A stretch of DNA of 64,000 bases from Klebsormidium nitens (GCA_000708835.1 DF237437.1:6679-70678); one strand, 5' to 3'; shown: positions 12,590-25,700, counted from the first letter of the stretch. Notes: generated from the sequence alone by a model not told the origin. A program made the numbers and translations.

Positions 12590-15500
12590 ATGCGTGCTCG
12601 GCGGAGCAGTGAGCCCACTGGCCTGCGGTTGACCACTGCTTTGGTGATGCTCATGGTTACATGCTTGGCATGCTTCTATGTGGCAGGAAGGTGAGCCAGC
12701 CTGGGGTTTTGCATTGATGTGGAAAGTTGCAGAGTTTTTCAAAGCAGTTTCCGTGGTTTCAAAAGGGTTGCTGAGCGGTTAGCAGGACTTAATTGCCCTT
12801 AGTAAATGACCCTTAGCTGGAAAAGCATCAATTATGGTGGTGGCATTGATAGTGGACAAAAGCTGCTGATCAGATGCTGATCCTTGCCCTCTGTGTGAAG
12901 GGAGTTTCATGAAGAAGTCCTCCTGACGGATCTGCGTAAAAGGTACTCGATTTTCAGCATCATCTGATTGATGGCACATCGTGAGATCTCACAACAATCG
13001 GTTATCATGGGAAAGTGTCCCCTCAAAAGGATATGTATAAGAAAGCCGGGTTGTGCAGGTTGTTCCAAGATGCGCGTCTCAGAGAACAGCTCATGCAGTT
13101 GCAAGCGCAAAAGTCCGAGGTGAGGGACGCCGGAAGATCTAGTGGCTTCTCCTTGTTGATCAAAGTTGGCCCTTCTGTCCTGCCTTCAGTGTTGTGCACA
13201 TCTAATCTCAGTCAAACAAGAGATTTGTCTGTTTCAAGGCAAGCGGGCCTGAGCATCGTTATATAGAGACTTCTTTTCCTTCTTTCAGGTCAATCTATAT
13301 CAGGAGTGCCACGAATTGCATCTTTACTCTGATGCAATACTTCAATTTCAAACTTTGACGCCTGACTAGGTTTCACATCACAGTAGACAAGCAGAGTTTC
13401 TAAAACGCAAACCATTGTCCTCATCAATTGATGCAGACAAGCAACGCTACACCTCGGCAGGGGACCGAGCAACTCTTGGAGTACAGGTACAGTCCCTACG
13501 CTTCGTCCCTCTTCCACCCTCACTTTAGCACCAGCTGCCAGCGTCTTCCAAAAACCAAACTCATATTCTCGCTTGAGAGCTACATGACCATACCTTTGAT
13601 TCCAAAATCTACACTGTTCCTACAAGCTCAAAACTCTCTTCCGCCCTCTTTCTTGCTTGCCCACTCCCTATCAGGGAACAGAAGAAGCGTATTGCTGAGT
13701 TGGAAATGGAGTTGGCGGCAGCCCGAGCTACGGGCTTCCACCCTGACTTCCGACTTGCAAACGCCAGCGAGACTGGGGGCCGGAGAGCCCTTGTAGTAGT
13801 GGGGATAAACACAGGATTCGGGCAAAGATCACGGCGGGACAGCATACGGAACGTCTGGATGCCCACAGGTGGGAGCTCTGTCTGATCTTTTACGCGTGCG
13901 TACTTTACTCGTGTCTGCTTGTACCTGCAAAAGAGCTCCAGGCAAATCCTGAACGGAATAGTAGCAGGTTTCATGGGACTCAGATGACTGGATGTTTTAG
14001 GCTAGTTTCACAGACACGAGAGTGGGAAGCCTCAGCTCGACTGCACTGCAGCTTCGTTCAGACCTTCTCTGATCCCGAGATACCATCTTGTTTCTCAGAG
14101 TATGGACTTGTTTGAAAAGCCGGTTGTCATTCCGTATAATCATCGAGGCAGCAGCCTGGTCGACACTCTTTTTACTAGACCCAGACAAAGGTGGACAATC
14201 ATAAAAGCTGATTTATGACATGGTTAATCAACATCGTCGATTAGCAGAGATCCACAGATCGTTGAGTGGCAAGGCAGGGTATCCTCCAAATTCAACGAGC
14301 TAACCCCGAAATTGGACAAAGCTCTGAGGGTGTTGTTCAAAGCGTCCTCCTGTGTGCAGGGAAGGCACTGACGCGCTTGGAGGAGAAGGGAATCATCGTC
14401 CGGTTTGTCATTGGCCATAGGTGAGGCAGACTTTGCTACTTTTTGGTGTGCAGTCAGAGGTCCGCACCAGGACAACACACACTGGGATGCTCATGTACGA
14501 GGTTTTTATGGCACGAAAAGCCTTTTTCATTTCTTTCCTGTGGGCTAAACGGTAATTGCAGTTTTTCAACCAGTGTCAAGTATTTCTGTGCTGATTGGGC
14601 AATTTCTGGATCCATCGAGAGTGACAGGCCGCTTTTCCGGAGACGTTTACCCATCGGCAGGGTCCACTTGAAAAGGGTAAGAGTAGTTGTACGTTTGCTG
14701 TTACGGAGTACGTCACTCAGCCCGACTGGGTATCCGGCGTCGGACAGGTCCGCAGTAGAGTTGGACGTCTGCGCATACCGGTGGAGCGGTCAAACAAGGT
14801 GGCTTTCGAGAAGGCGAAACAATAGACTCATCATTTTGGAAGTATGGCGGACGTACTGGAGTCGGAACGCCTCACTCGTCGTCCCCGGTGTGGCTACGTT
14901 AGGGGCCACCTTTGATCATTAAGGAGGACTACGAGATGACTGTTCGATTGCCCTATCTGGCAATCGAAGGGCCAGTCTGACCAGAACCGCCGACGATTCT
15001 AACACAAGAGCACATTGAGATCGTCCCTTTTGTCCCCTCGCAGTCCAATCGGGGCTTCGTATGTCGTCGTTATCAAGAACGATCACTAGAGGTTTCATAT
15101 CGCCCCCCCGCAGCACCGACTGCGTGACAGCTTGGACGATCAAAACTTTTAAAAAAAGTGCTTACATTTGCCTCTTCTTTACTTGCCCGCAGTCCACTTT
15201 CACGACCTAGTCTCAAACACAAGTGGTGTCTTCCTTCGTTCCGCAGTGCTAACCAGGGCGACATCTTGGACCGACAGGTCGAGATGGTACAGACTGCTTC
15301 CTCACCTTTCGCTTTTCGCTTTCCACTCATCAAAATTTAGTTCCGCCATGCGCAAACTAGAGCGGTCTGTCTTTCGTCCCCCAGCGCCAACCAGGGTGAC
15401 AGCTTGGACCGGCAAGTCGAAGAGGAGAACCGGGAGACGCAGGACTTCATGATACTGGACCACGTGGAGGGCTACGACGAGCTGCCAATAAAAACGCAGA

Positions 15501-16830
15501 TCTACTTCCGGACCGCCATCCAGACGTGGGACGCCAACTTCTACTTCAAAGTGGACGATGACGTCTTCATCAGCTTGGGTAAGCGGCGAAGGGATATATG
15601 CCGTAGAGCTCTAGTGTCTTCCGTAAGTGGGGAAGAAACGGTAGGGCCTTGACCTACAGCTTGCTGCGTGCCACACGTGGTTTCCGAACCTCCAGGGATG
15701 AAACCTCTTTTGAGGTACCTCAAACCCAGCCGAGCAAAAGGAGTGACGACTAAGGCAGGATGCCTCGTTTTTTTACGGCTGCTCAAGGGTTGTCGATGCG
15801 CGCACCCTTCGAGATGTGTACGTTAGCAGCTGACTCGTCGGTGCCTTCACCAGAAAGGCTCTCTCTCTTTCAGGATCGGCCCTCTTACTCGATCCTGGCC
15901 CCCTGGCCCCCCCGACACTTTGAAAACAAACACTTGGCTTTAACCTGTCCCGTTGTTAACAACGTGCCCGTATTCTCCCGCAGACGAGCTGGGGTCGATG
16001 CTGGCGACGCACGCGGCGAAGCCCAACGTGTACGTGGGGTGCATGAAAAGCGGGGAGATCTTTACGGAGCCGTCGCAAAAGTGGCACGAGCCCGAGTGGT
16101 GGAAATTCGGGGACTCCAAGACCTACTTCCGGCATGCGACGGGGCAGGTCTATGGGATCACCAAGAACGTCGCGTACTACATCTCTATAAACAGGTGAAC
16201 TTGTGCGCTTGTTTTGTTGCAACTGCAGTTGACATGTTGGGTTAAAGCAAGAATGGAGGCTTTTACGGTGGATGCTGCGCGCTGTAACAGATTGCCGAGC
16301 TTCTTGTTTCAGGGGCCGGAACTCGATCGGCCACTGGAAGTTTGAGCGAATGATGAGGAAATCCGCTCAGGTCTTCTGAGTCTCACTAATTAGAGTGAAC
16401 GCACATCATTCATGACTTTTTTGCACCGAAGTCAGATCAACCGCTCCTCTCTTCACGAAGTGGAAGCGAAATAGAAGAAGAAGGGACTCGGGCCTGCAGG
16501 AATCAGTACCGCTATCTTCGATTGTGTACTTCACAAAAAACCTCCACTAGTCCTTCTTGACAGAGCATCTCTTCTTGCAGGCCAATGCTCCACAAGTACC
16601 GGAACGAGGACGTTTCTTTGGGGTCCTGGATGATCGGTCTAGATGTCGAGTACATAGATGATCGACGGCTGTGCTGCGGCAGTCCCCCGTCGACTGAGTG
16701 TCAGACTTACAAAGCTGCAGATAAGCCGTGTATAGCCTCCTTTGATTGGGCGTGCAGTGGGCTGTGCGAACCTGTTCAAAGAATGAGGCTTGTAGCAGAT
16801 GTGTGCGCAAATAAACAGTCTTGGGAATAA
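12590..16830 (+). CDS. GT31 beta-1,3-galactosyltransferase, hydroxyproline O-galactosyltransferase (HPGT)-like, 8 exons
   Basis: Exons ~12590-12690, 13059-13119, 13437-13486, 13675-13868, 14360-14420, 15384-15578, 15984-16193 and 16581-16830. Motifs: N-terminal TM (ALVMLMVTCLACFYVAGR-LFQD), REQKKRIAELEMELAAAR, VVGINTGFGQRSRRDSIRNVWMP, FYFKVDDDVF, YVGCMKSGEIF, EPEWWKFGD, YFRHATGQVY and NEDVSLGSW. Confidence 0.92.
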
Positions 16831-18386
16831 GTAATACCACTAACCACTTAATCACTCCCCCCATTTATATTAATCACAGCCGCGTGAGTTCGTTCCGACA
16901 TGATGGCAACGGTTGTCCATATGTAACACTAATTCCGGTACCGGTATATCCACGACCGGATGTACGTGCCGCCCATATGCTCTTCTCTAGCGCTGGACCG
17001 TCGTACGGTCCTGTATTGCAAGTTGCCATCATATACAAAGCTGGGGCCGGGGGCCGCGGCCCACAATTATTCAAAGCTTAATAATGCATGCACTTGGGAT
17101 TAAGTCCTCGAATTGAATCGGCTGCGCAACGCACTGCACGTTGACTGCGTGCAATTGTGACGTTTGTGAATCGATCCGATCAGAGCTGTATATATCATTG
17201 TTAGTACGTCGTGAGTCATCGATCAGTTAACTTCATCTGATCGATGATCGACGACGTACGCAGTGGATCTACGATCGGACGTATAGTATTGCATACACAT
17301 GCCGCCATGTACAATGCATGATTCATCAACAGTTGTCTCTAGAGCTCTCAGGCTGTCGCCCTAGCCGCGCGGTCGCGTGCAGTCGGACCGGGCGTATACT
17401 CATCTGAGTCAGTGTGTTGTGCGCACATGACTGGCATCATGACTTGCATCCGTTTCAATATCAATGTCCGACTAATCTATCATCAATTCTCATGAACAGG
17501 CACCGTCCACCAGCGCGCGGCAAAATAACAATTCCGACAATGCAGCGCGAATCAATGAGGCGGCTGCCAGGAGAGATGTAGCACAATAGACTGGGTCACT
17601 ACCTCGAACATGCTGGGGTGGTCGAATTTAAGTTGCGAGCTGCAAAACTGGTCGGCAGTTTACGAGTCATAATGCTGCCTCCCAAACCGGCCTACAAAAG
17701 CTGAACTGAGCTCTTCAATGTAAGGAGTCAAGGATGTCTATCCCTTGCAATTGAAGTCAATCGTACTTTACAAAAGTCTCAGTCTGCCAGGAGGCTATCA
17801 TTCATCTCCTGATTGCAAAATCACCTCTGTCTTAATTCCTAGTACGCTTTTGAAGTCTTTCAACAGCAAGTCTGGGATCTTGACTTGCCATTGAGGTACG
17901 TTCCTGCAAGAGGTCGACGGTACAAGGAGAGAGACTCAGATATGATTAATGCGTGAACGGACAAGAGATCGCAATACAAACGAATTGGAAACGATTTCAT
18001 CGTAGCCAGATTCGATCGAAAGTATGCAGACAGATGACAGCCAAAACAAGGATGAATATGGTGATTCAATCCCGCCAATCACAGATTTATCTCGCTTGTG
18101 ATCTCTACAACACAAATTGAGAGCATTGAACAATCTTAAGTATGCCACTTGGACACCCACCACGGAGCAGCATGCATGGAGACCAGCTTGTACGCAACAA
18201 TGCAGTACCAACGCAAAACTGAGGGCGAAGACTCACCGTCATCAATTAATGTCGGCCATGCTTGGGCAAGACCCGGTTTGTGCCAGTTTTGGAGGTGCAT
18301 AGATTGTTGGATTGTCCCTTTTTGACAACTGTTTTCCCAAGCCCAGCCATGCCACTCTGGATCAGGAGCTGAAGCTTGGGCCTTGG

Positions 18387-19439
18387 CTAGGTCGAGCTGC
18401 TCTTTTTCCTGACGCTAGCCAAAATGGTGTCAGGATCTAACCCAGTTGAGTAACCCTGCTTGACCTGGATCCCCTTCTGCGATGCCTTCTCTTCTACAGA
18501 TTGTTGCACCATAGCTGGGGACGCCAGACCCGCGTCTAACAGATTGCACGCAATCTCCATCACCCCGGGAGAATGGGGCAAAGCCATAGCTTGTACTTTA
18601 GGAAGGCCCCCACCCCTCTGGCTAACTGTTCGTGCTATCCAGCGCGCAGTCTCCATGTCCTCGCTAACAATCGGAACATTGTAATTCACAACCCAAGGAG
18701 TGGCGCCCACACAGACCACCCCGCTTTTGTCAAACCCATCTGAGGAGCCATAATCATATGCCGGCAGCTGTGAAAGGAGAACTGGAGGGGAAGCTGAATC
18801 TGGGGAAAGGGAATGAACGGGGTGCAAATGATTGGGTGGTGGTATTTCAGAATCTTGTACAGATGGCGACAGCGCCCCACTCCACACCCCGTCTTTGGCC
18901 CCACGGAAGTATCCCAACGCTCGTCTCAGATCTGCAAGCGGTCTTGCGTCTTTCTGCGCAGCACCATAAAGATACACGGAAACGCCACAAGCAGAGCCCA
19001 ATCGCTCTGCAAAGCGAACTGCGGTGGTCGCAGCTAGGTCCAGATCAGAAGCGCCTTTCAGAGGATGAAAAACTATGTGGTCTACGGCTCCAGTCCTTGG
19101 ATGCGTTACTTTGACGTGCTTTCTCAGATCAATCTCCTGTAGGCTTTTGGTGGTCAATGACAAAACTGCATTGGTTAGAGCTGGAATTGTGCCAGCCAAC
19201 GTGAATCCTGTGCGGTGGTACTTCTCATCTTGGAAGATGTGGCAGAGCAAACAATCAGGAAGGGCGCTCTCTGCAACTTTTGACAGGCGCTCAAGCAGTG
19301 CTATATCCCTTCCCTCAGAGACATAGACATTGGCCGCCAGAAGTGGTGGTGTGTTCCGCATTCTGGCCGATGCAGAAAAGCCTTGGCAAAACGCTGAAGT
19401 AGGGACGCATGTCTGAAACCTCCGGCACAAATGCAGCAT
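18387..19439 (-). CDS. Glutamate formiminotransferase (FTCD N-terminal)-like protein, plant type, intronless
   Basis: Single 350-aa ORF with LAANVYVSEGRD, IFQDEKYHRTGFTL, HPRTGAVDHIVFHPL, VYLYGAA, VGATPWVVNYNVP, ARWIARTVSQRGGGLPKVQAMAL and EIACNLL. The Arg/Ser-rich N-terminus resembles an organellar transit peptide. Confidence 0.88.
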   Translation of the reverse strand: MLHLCRRFQTCVPTSAFCQGFSASARMRNTPPLLAANVYVSEGRDIALLERLSKVAESALPDCLLCHIFQDEKYHRTGFTLAGTIPALTNAVLSLTTKSLQEIDLRKHVKVTHPRTGAVDHIVFHPLKGASDLDLAATTAVRFAERLGSACGVSVYLYGAAQKDARPLADLRRALGYFRGAKDGVWSGALSPSVQDSEIPPPNHLHPVHSLSPDSASPPVLLSQLPAYDYGSSDGFDKSGVVCVGATPWVVNYNVPIVSEDMETARWIARTVSQRGGGLPKVQAMALPHSPGVMEIACNLLDAGLASPAMVQQSVEEKASQKGIQVKQGYSTGLDPDTILASVRKKSSST

Positions 19440-20167
19440 TCTGTGAGGGGGGTTGCAGCAGAATCACTGCCGTCTGGATAAGCTAGCGTCACTCGCTGTC
19501 GTATACTGTACAGCAGAACAACGACAAGCCAAAGCTGCGCCACCTCAATGCTCCTGGACCAGGGCTAGCCGTTAGAGTGGCGTCAGCTTCGCAGTTTCAC
19601 ACTAGATAGCTCAAAATCAAATTGCGCCGCCCTGACAGTGAATGCTTGAAGTTGGATGTTTGGAAATCGGAAACTCTTTTCTTGATGCCATGATGGCCCG
19701 TCATACAGCTTATATATGTATGCTTAACGATGTATTGAGCCTCCTCGGGGTAGTCAAATTTCCAAGGATCGCAGCTGTTGGATGGGGATCGGAGGGTCAG
19801 ATTTGCTCCCTTAATGCTCCCGGGGTAAACCACTGCCTTATAGGGGCTCCATAACCTCTCGTGACGTGTTGCCCTATTATTTGTATATTTCTGCAATTTG
19901 GTACGACCAATCTGATTCCCTCCTCGAGAAGGAGGACAAACTTCGTCACAAAATCTCAAAGGAAGGGGGCGCAGGTGTGGTGGCCCCCACAGTGCAAGGG
20001 CTGCCTTTTGAGCAGGACAATTGCACATCCTCTCATGAGTGGATCAAGCTCTGAGCAAGACAACACCTATAGAGATGCAGCTTGCTCAGCGAAGAAAAAA
20101 CGGGACCACACCAGAAGGGTGCACTGCAGAAGTGCACATGAGTATCGCTTGATATTTCAAAGAGGAC

Positions 20168-21909
20168 ATGGATCTTTCAGAGCAGGCGATTGCGGCCATG
20201 CTGGCAGACGAGGCCTCCCAGCTGAGACAGGCCGCTGGCTTCCAGGGTTACTCGGCGTTTCTGCAGAAACCCGTGCTGCGTGCGCGGCCTAACAAGCAGT
20301 TCCTAGCTGCGACTGTGCGGAGCGTAGAGAGTGGTAAGGTCATCTTTGACCTTCTACAGCTTTGGTTTCTTGTTGTGGCTTGTGTATTTTCCTCACTGCT
20401 TCAAGAATTGCTGCAATCTTGCACCTCTGAAAGGATTGCGAGTTTGGTCACATCTCGCAACAAGCTGATTGCATTACATAGATATCAGCATGTGAGCAGT
20501 TGGTTCTTTCTCAACCCCTGCCAATCACTTCACTGACACCGCCCAGTCATGTACCAACGACCAAATGTTTACTGCAAGTCATAACGTCAGGCTCCTGGGA
20601 AATCTGAGGTCTGCTTGATTGCCCCGTAGCCCTTCGTTCCAAACATTTTTCACTCCCCCTATCTCCTTTGCAGCAAACCGCATGGCCCAGGTCTCTGAGA
20701 TGTGGCATCAGCGTCAGAAGGAGCTCAGTGAGGAAGAGGGGTCTGGCAGAAAAGCCAGAGGAAGCGGTGCTGCTGGACGCCGAAAAGATTCGGGAACCAG
20801 TGGCAAGGATTCAAGTCGAAGAGGGGCCACGATCAAGCTGAAATCCCCTCTGAATACAGAAGCAGAGCGTGCTGTAAGAGAAGATGGTAGACAAGAAAAT
20901 CATGCCAAGGGCCGCCACAAAGGTTTTCCCCAGGAAAGGGGAAACGGCAGCGAGGATGAGACTCCCTCGGAGGATGACAGTGATGTGAGCGGCTTCAGTG
21001 GAGAGCGGCCGGCAGCGCGCGTCCATAGAAGAAGGCGACAATCGATTGAAAGGAGTCAGCACGCGTTGGAAAATGAGGGGGAGCAGATAGGCCCAAGTGC
21101 CGCTGGGGAGGGCGACGATGCGCAAGAAGTGGAGCTGGATGAGTTCCTTCACAGCAGGTGAGAGATGATGGGGAAGCTGGAAAGGGCAGGTAATGCTTGA
21201 CAATCATGCCGAGAGAGCGGGGGCATATTGTGTCTTACGCGGCATGTTTTTTCCTGATGTCTTGTCTTCGTTGTCAATAAAGTTGTCCGTCTGGTGTCAG
21301 AACTGCAGGCCTGAATTGCAACATTGAGTGTGAGTCTTGTTGGGGGAATCCGGGCACGTGTCCTCCGAAAGCCAATCCGAGCCAATCTGTTGATCCCTCT
21401 TCGTTTGTCATCCACCTGTCACAAGGCAAGGGTTATGTTGTACAATGGTGATCAATGGGAGACTGACTCAGGAATTGTGTATTTTGGTCGAGTCTGTTCC
21501 TATGTTCATAAAACTTCGTGTGATACAAACATACTCCACCATCACGAGAGTGTTCTTTGCTTTCAGGAAGAAACGAGGACGGGGAGCCGTTGGTTCGAGG
21601 ATGGATGAGCCAGGACCGTTTGCAGCTGCGATGGGCGGCGATGAGATAGATGACAGGGGCACATCCGCAAGAGTCCCAATTGTGTTGGGACCCCAGCTTC
21701 CGGCAGAACTCGAGGAGAAACGGAAGAGAGAAAAGCGTTCAAGAACGGAGGCATTCTTGGTTGATCACAGTTCACCTAGTAAATCGGGGAAGAAGCATAG
21801 AACTGACGAAGGAAAAAGAGCAAGAAAAGAAGAGAGGCGAAAGCGAAGGCTAGAGAAGGAGAGACTACGGGAAGCTAAGCGTCGAAAGAAGTCGTCAAAA
21901 CATGAGTGA
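20168..21909 (+). CDS. Conserved uncharacterised plant Lys/Arg/Glu-rich (probably nuclear) protein, 3 exons
   Basis: Exons ~20168-20333, 20674-21157 and 21566-21909 join in frame. N-terminal MDLSEQAIAAMLADEASQLRQAA...RARPNKQFLAATVRSVESANR...EMW and internal RKKRGRGAVGSRMDEPGP resemble a conserved land-plant family (from memory). The C-terminus is basic. Confidence 0.75.
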
Positions 21910-22723
21910 CGCAATTTGGGGGGATAATTGATCTCCCACTGCGCAGCTCTTTGTTCTTGCCCAAGCCGCCATTTGTGTGAGCATCTAGGGCTTCTGAAAG
22001 CAGGCGAGCAAAAGAACATGTCCGGGGTGAGCCCAAAAAGCTTGGATGCCTCCGTTCTTGTTTGCTTCTACAGCGTACGACTTTTTTGCCTTGATGAAAA
22101 TTCGGAGTCTACAACTTCGTGGTGAACACCGTGTGTGAATATGTTAAGTTCAATTCACCGTACGCTCATCAGTAAGCTCCTCTTATAACTGATCGGAAGC
22201 ATATGCGGCGGCACTTTGTGCAGGCCTAGCGGCGCATGTATGTACCTCATGTCAACATGTAGGATAAGCAACCTCTTATATAGCTTGAATTGTCGGGATT
22301 GCCAGTGCGCACGGCGGCCAGGACCCGTCATACCGCGTCCTCAGGCATATGTGCGTTGCATTCCAAGAAGCATCAGCTATTCAATGGTTGGCTGCAACGA
22401 TTCTAATTTTGATTGCATTGAGGTCAATCGAGATGACATGGCCGCATGGCTTCATGTCAAGGATCTGCGGGCGGAATGCGGCGCCGCCACATGGTTCCAT
22501 TGAAAGTTCGGATTACATACACGGGTTGCTCATGCTCGATCATGTAGTCGACTGCACAGTAACTACTATAGGCCAGTGCATTTTCATTTGCATCGACCAA
22601 ATGGTACAAACCTGGCAATTCTTGTACGCACTTGTATCATTTAAGAATGTAAGGAAAGGCGCAGATAATAGCTTTGAATCATACACACGTCTGAAGTGTC
22701 TTGGACGGTCCAACCTGCCATGT

Positions 22724-25700
22724 CTACCTAAGAGTGACAGTACCCCCTGTTGGAGTGGTGTCAAGTTCCTTCTTCCTGATAATACCGATATGCGAATCAT
22801 AGTCGTCGCTTTGCAACTCGTCCTTCGCCCTCGCCTCTTTATCCGCCTCAATCTGCTCGAAGCTCTTTGCGTTCTCCTCTGCGTGCACCTGCGCCGACTC
22901 GAAGTAGCTCTCGGCAGACTTGGTGATGAAGGCCGTCTCCTCGGCCGTCAGCTTCCTCAGGAACTTGGCGGGGTTACCAGCCCAGATCTGCAGGCGAAAG
23001 AGGAGAAATTAGAGCAAGAACGAAAACCTATGCTCTCAGAAGTAAGAAGCTACGTAAAGTGCTGGCAGTCTCGTGCTGGGCCTCCCACCTATGCCGAGAC
23101 GCGAGAGTCGCTTGCTGAAATTGAAAGACAAGATTCTGTTCCTCTGTTGCCCATTTTAAAGGAGCGGAAGCAATAGAGACATTGTAAAGAAGGCTGACCG
23201 TATAGTAGAATTGGATGGGCGAACCCTCCGGATACCATACCCAGCCAGTCTGACCAAAACAAGACCCTTCTCAGCTGACCAGCCTCCACCATCGAACGAC
23301 AGCCAGTCGAAATGCTGCTGATTTCAATGCCCGAAATATACATACTCAGGAGCATGCACTCTGTGCCACGGAAGCTTCTTCCAAGCCGTTGCTCAGCCGC
23401 TCACCTCGCCAGCGGGGACGGTGGTCTTCTGGGTGACGAGCGAGCCCGCGGCGACCATGGCGCCCTTTTGGACTGTGACTCCGTCCAGCAGCGTGCTGCC
23501 CATGCCCACAAACGACTCGTCCTCGACCGTGCACGCGTGCAGGATGGCGTTGTGGCCTGCAACAGAGGGAAAGGATGTGAGAAGCAAAGAAGAGTTCATG
23601 TCCTTTTTTAAAGATTGGCGCCGTGCCCTGTAACGGAGGGAAAGGACGTGATAAAGGAAAAGGAGAGTCTTTTTTCCGAAAGAATGGCGTTGTGGCCTGC
23701 AGCAAAAAGGAAGGAGCTAGAGAAGGACGAAGAATGGTCTTCTTTCCATCAGATTGGCGTTGTGGCCTGCGGCAGAGCAAAAAGGTGAGGATCAAAGGCG
23801 CTAGATCCTGTTTTCATCACGTTGGCCAGCTCGGGGAGAGCTAACGACTGTGAAGCAATCTGTTGCTCGTCTTGTTCAGATCAGAAAGGCGTTTCTGGCC
23901 TGCAACAGAGTGACAGGGTGTGAGTGGACAAGAGAAGACTCCTGCTTCCGTCCAATTGGCGTTGTGGCCTGCAGCAGAGCGAAAGGATGTGAGAAGCAAA
24001 GAGGAATAGTCTCAATCTCGTCAGATTGGCGTCATGGCCTGCACCGAAGCGGGAATAGGTGGGAGGATACAGAATGATCCCGTGTTTTGGCGGGCAGCAG
24101 AGCGGATCGACCGACGAGACCGCATGCAAATCTTGTTGAAACCAGGATGACGTTGTTGCCTGCAGCAGAGCGAAGGAGAGTGAGGAGAAACAATGTTTCA
24201 ACTCGTTGTTTTCCAGGTGATTGAGCTAGAAGAGAGTAGGCGGGTGTGCAGAAGAAAAAAGTTTTCTTTCTCAGAATGGTGTCATGGCCTGCTAGAGATA
24301 GGGAGAAGAGATTGTGCCACCTTTTCAAATTGGTCGCATCAAGTTTGAAACAGAGCGAACGGGAAATGATGTATACTGGGAGTCTTGAAAGATATAGGGG
24401 TGAATCGATAGGGGAAACTCGTCCAACAGCTGGCGATGCGATTTCGGGCCAAGAGCCCGGCAGAGGCAGTGAACGGGCCGAGAAAGGCATGCGTATGGAG
24501 TCGCTTGTGCCTGGTGAGAAATTGTTCGTATACAACAGACGTGCATACAACGAGCTGAATTTAGCTCTAGGCTTCAATTAACCAACAATTGCACGAGGGA
24601 AAGCTGTCTGACTGGGAGCAGAGCAGAAGAAGAAGTTGCACCTGGAACAGATCGCTCCTATTTGTACTCTAGTGACTGAAGAAAATTGGAGCTCTCAGGT
24701 GACCCCCCTCGCAGCCCGATCAGAGTGATTGCAATGAACAGCGATCTTCTGAAACTGACGGCCCCTGCAAGATAGGATCTTGCGCCGATAATATGAGTAC
24801 ACTGGTTCAACCGCCATCAAGGTTTGAAGGCAAGGCTCCGGTCTGCTCCGACAGACTCCCTAAAGCAGTGGGGCAAGAATAGTGGGGAAAAGGAAGAGGA
24901 CTCACCGATGGTGACTTTGCTGCCGATGGTGGTCGGGAGCACGTTGCCGCTGATGTTAGTCTTGGCGACGTGCACAATGCTGCCGTCCTGGATGTTGGTC
25001 ATGGCCCCCACCTTGATGCTGTTCACGTCGCCTGGAGAAAAAAAGGAGGAGTTCAGCAGCAGAAACATGTCAGTTGGACAGATTGACGAAAGTCAGAAAG
25101 AGAGCAGATTCTACTCAAGGAACAAAAACAGTAGACACTCTACTCAAGGGAACAAAAACAGTAGAGGCGGGGGGGGGAACTGCAGCTACCCTGAGGAGGA
25201 CAGCAGACGTTCTTATTGTTGTCACTAACAAGCAGGGAAGAAGAGATGAAAATTAACAGGAAGCAACCGCTCTCTGTCCGAGCGTGCGCCTGGTTCAAGC
25301 GCAAATGAATGGGTGAGGATTGCAACAAATTAGCCTGCAGAGTCCTTTTGTATATACAGGAGAAAGAGCACAATCCCCATACTCACCTCGCAAGATTGCA
25401 CCATACCAGATTGAGGACTTGGGCCCAACCTCAACATCCCCAATCACAGAAGCACTTGGGGCAACAAAGGTGGTGGAGGGAACATGAGGCTTCTTGCCCA
25501 TCAGGTTCATGAGCGTCCGGTGCCGGGAGACTGCCGAGAGAAACGCAATTGTTCAGCGCCACAAAGGCCAGCGAAGCCGCAGATTGGGAGTGTCATTCTC
25601 TAGCTCAACGACTGAGAATCATTGCAGCCAGGACAGTCGCCTAAGCACAAGCAAAACCTCAACAATGCTAGCAAGCACAGGTGCAGAAGAAGTTATCAAT

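Noticed and set aside
16870-17700. Palindrome-rich intergenic DNA (gatc/catg/tata clusters), with a short taattccggtac match to ~27443
   Set aside because: The matches are too short to define an element, and no terminal repeats or RNA gene structure could be supported.
22349-23176. 275-aa plus-strand ORF
   Set aside because: It overlaps the last gamma-CA exon and 3' UTR in antisense, with no domain features.
23545-24300. Repeat-spacer appearance resembling a CRISPR array
   Set aside because: The repeats are degenerate, the spacers are related to each other, the unit is the gene's own splice acceptor, the context is a eukaryotic intron, and there are no cas genes.
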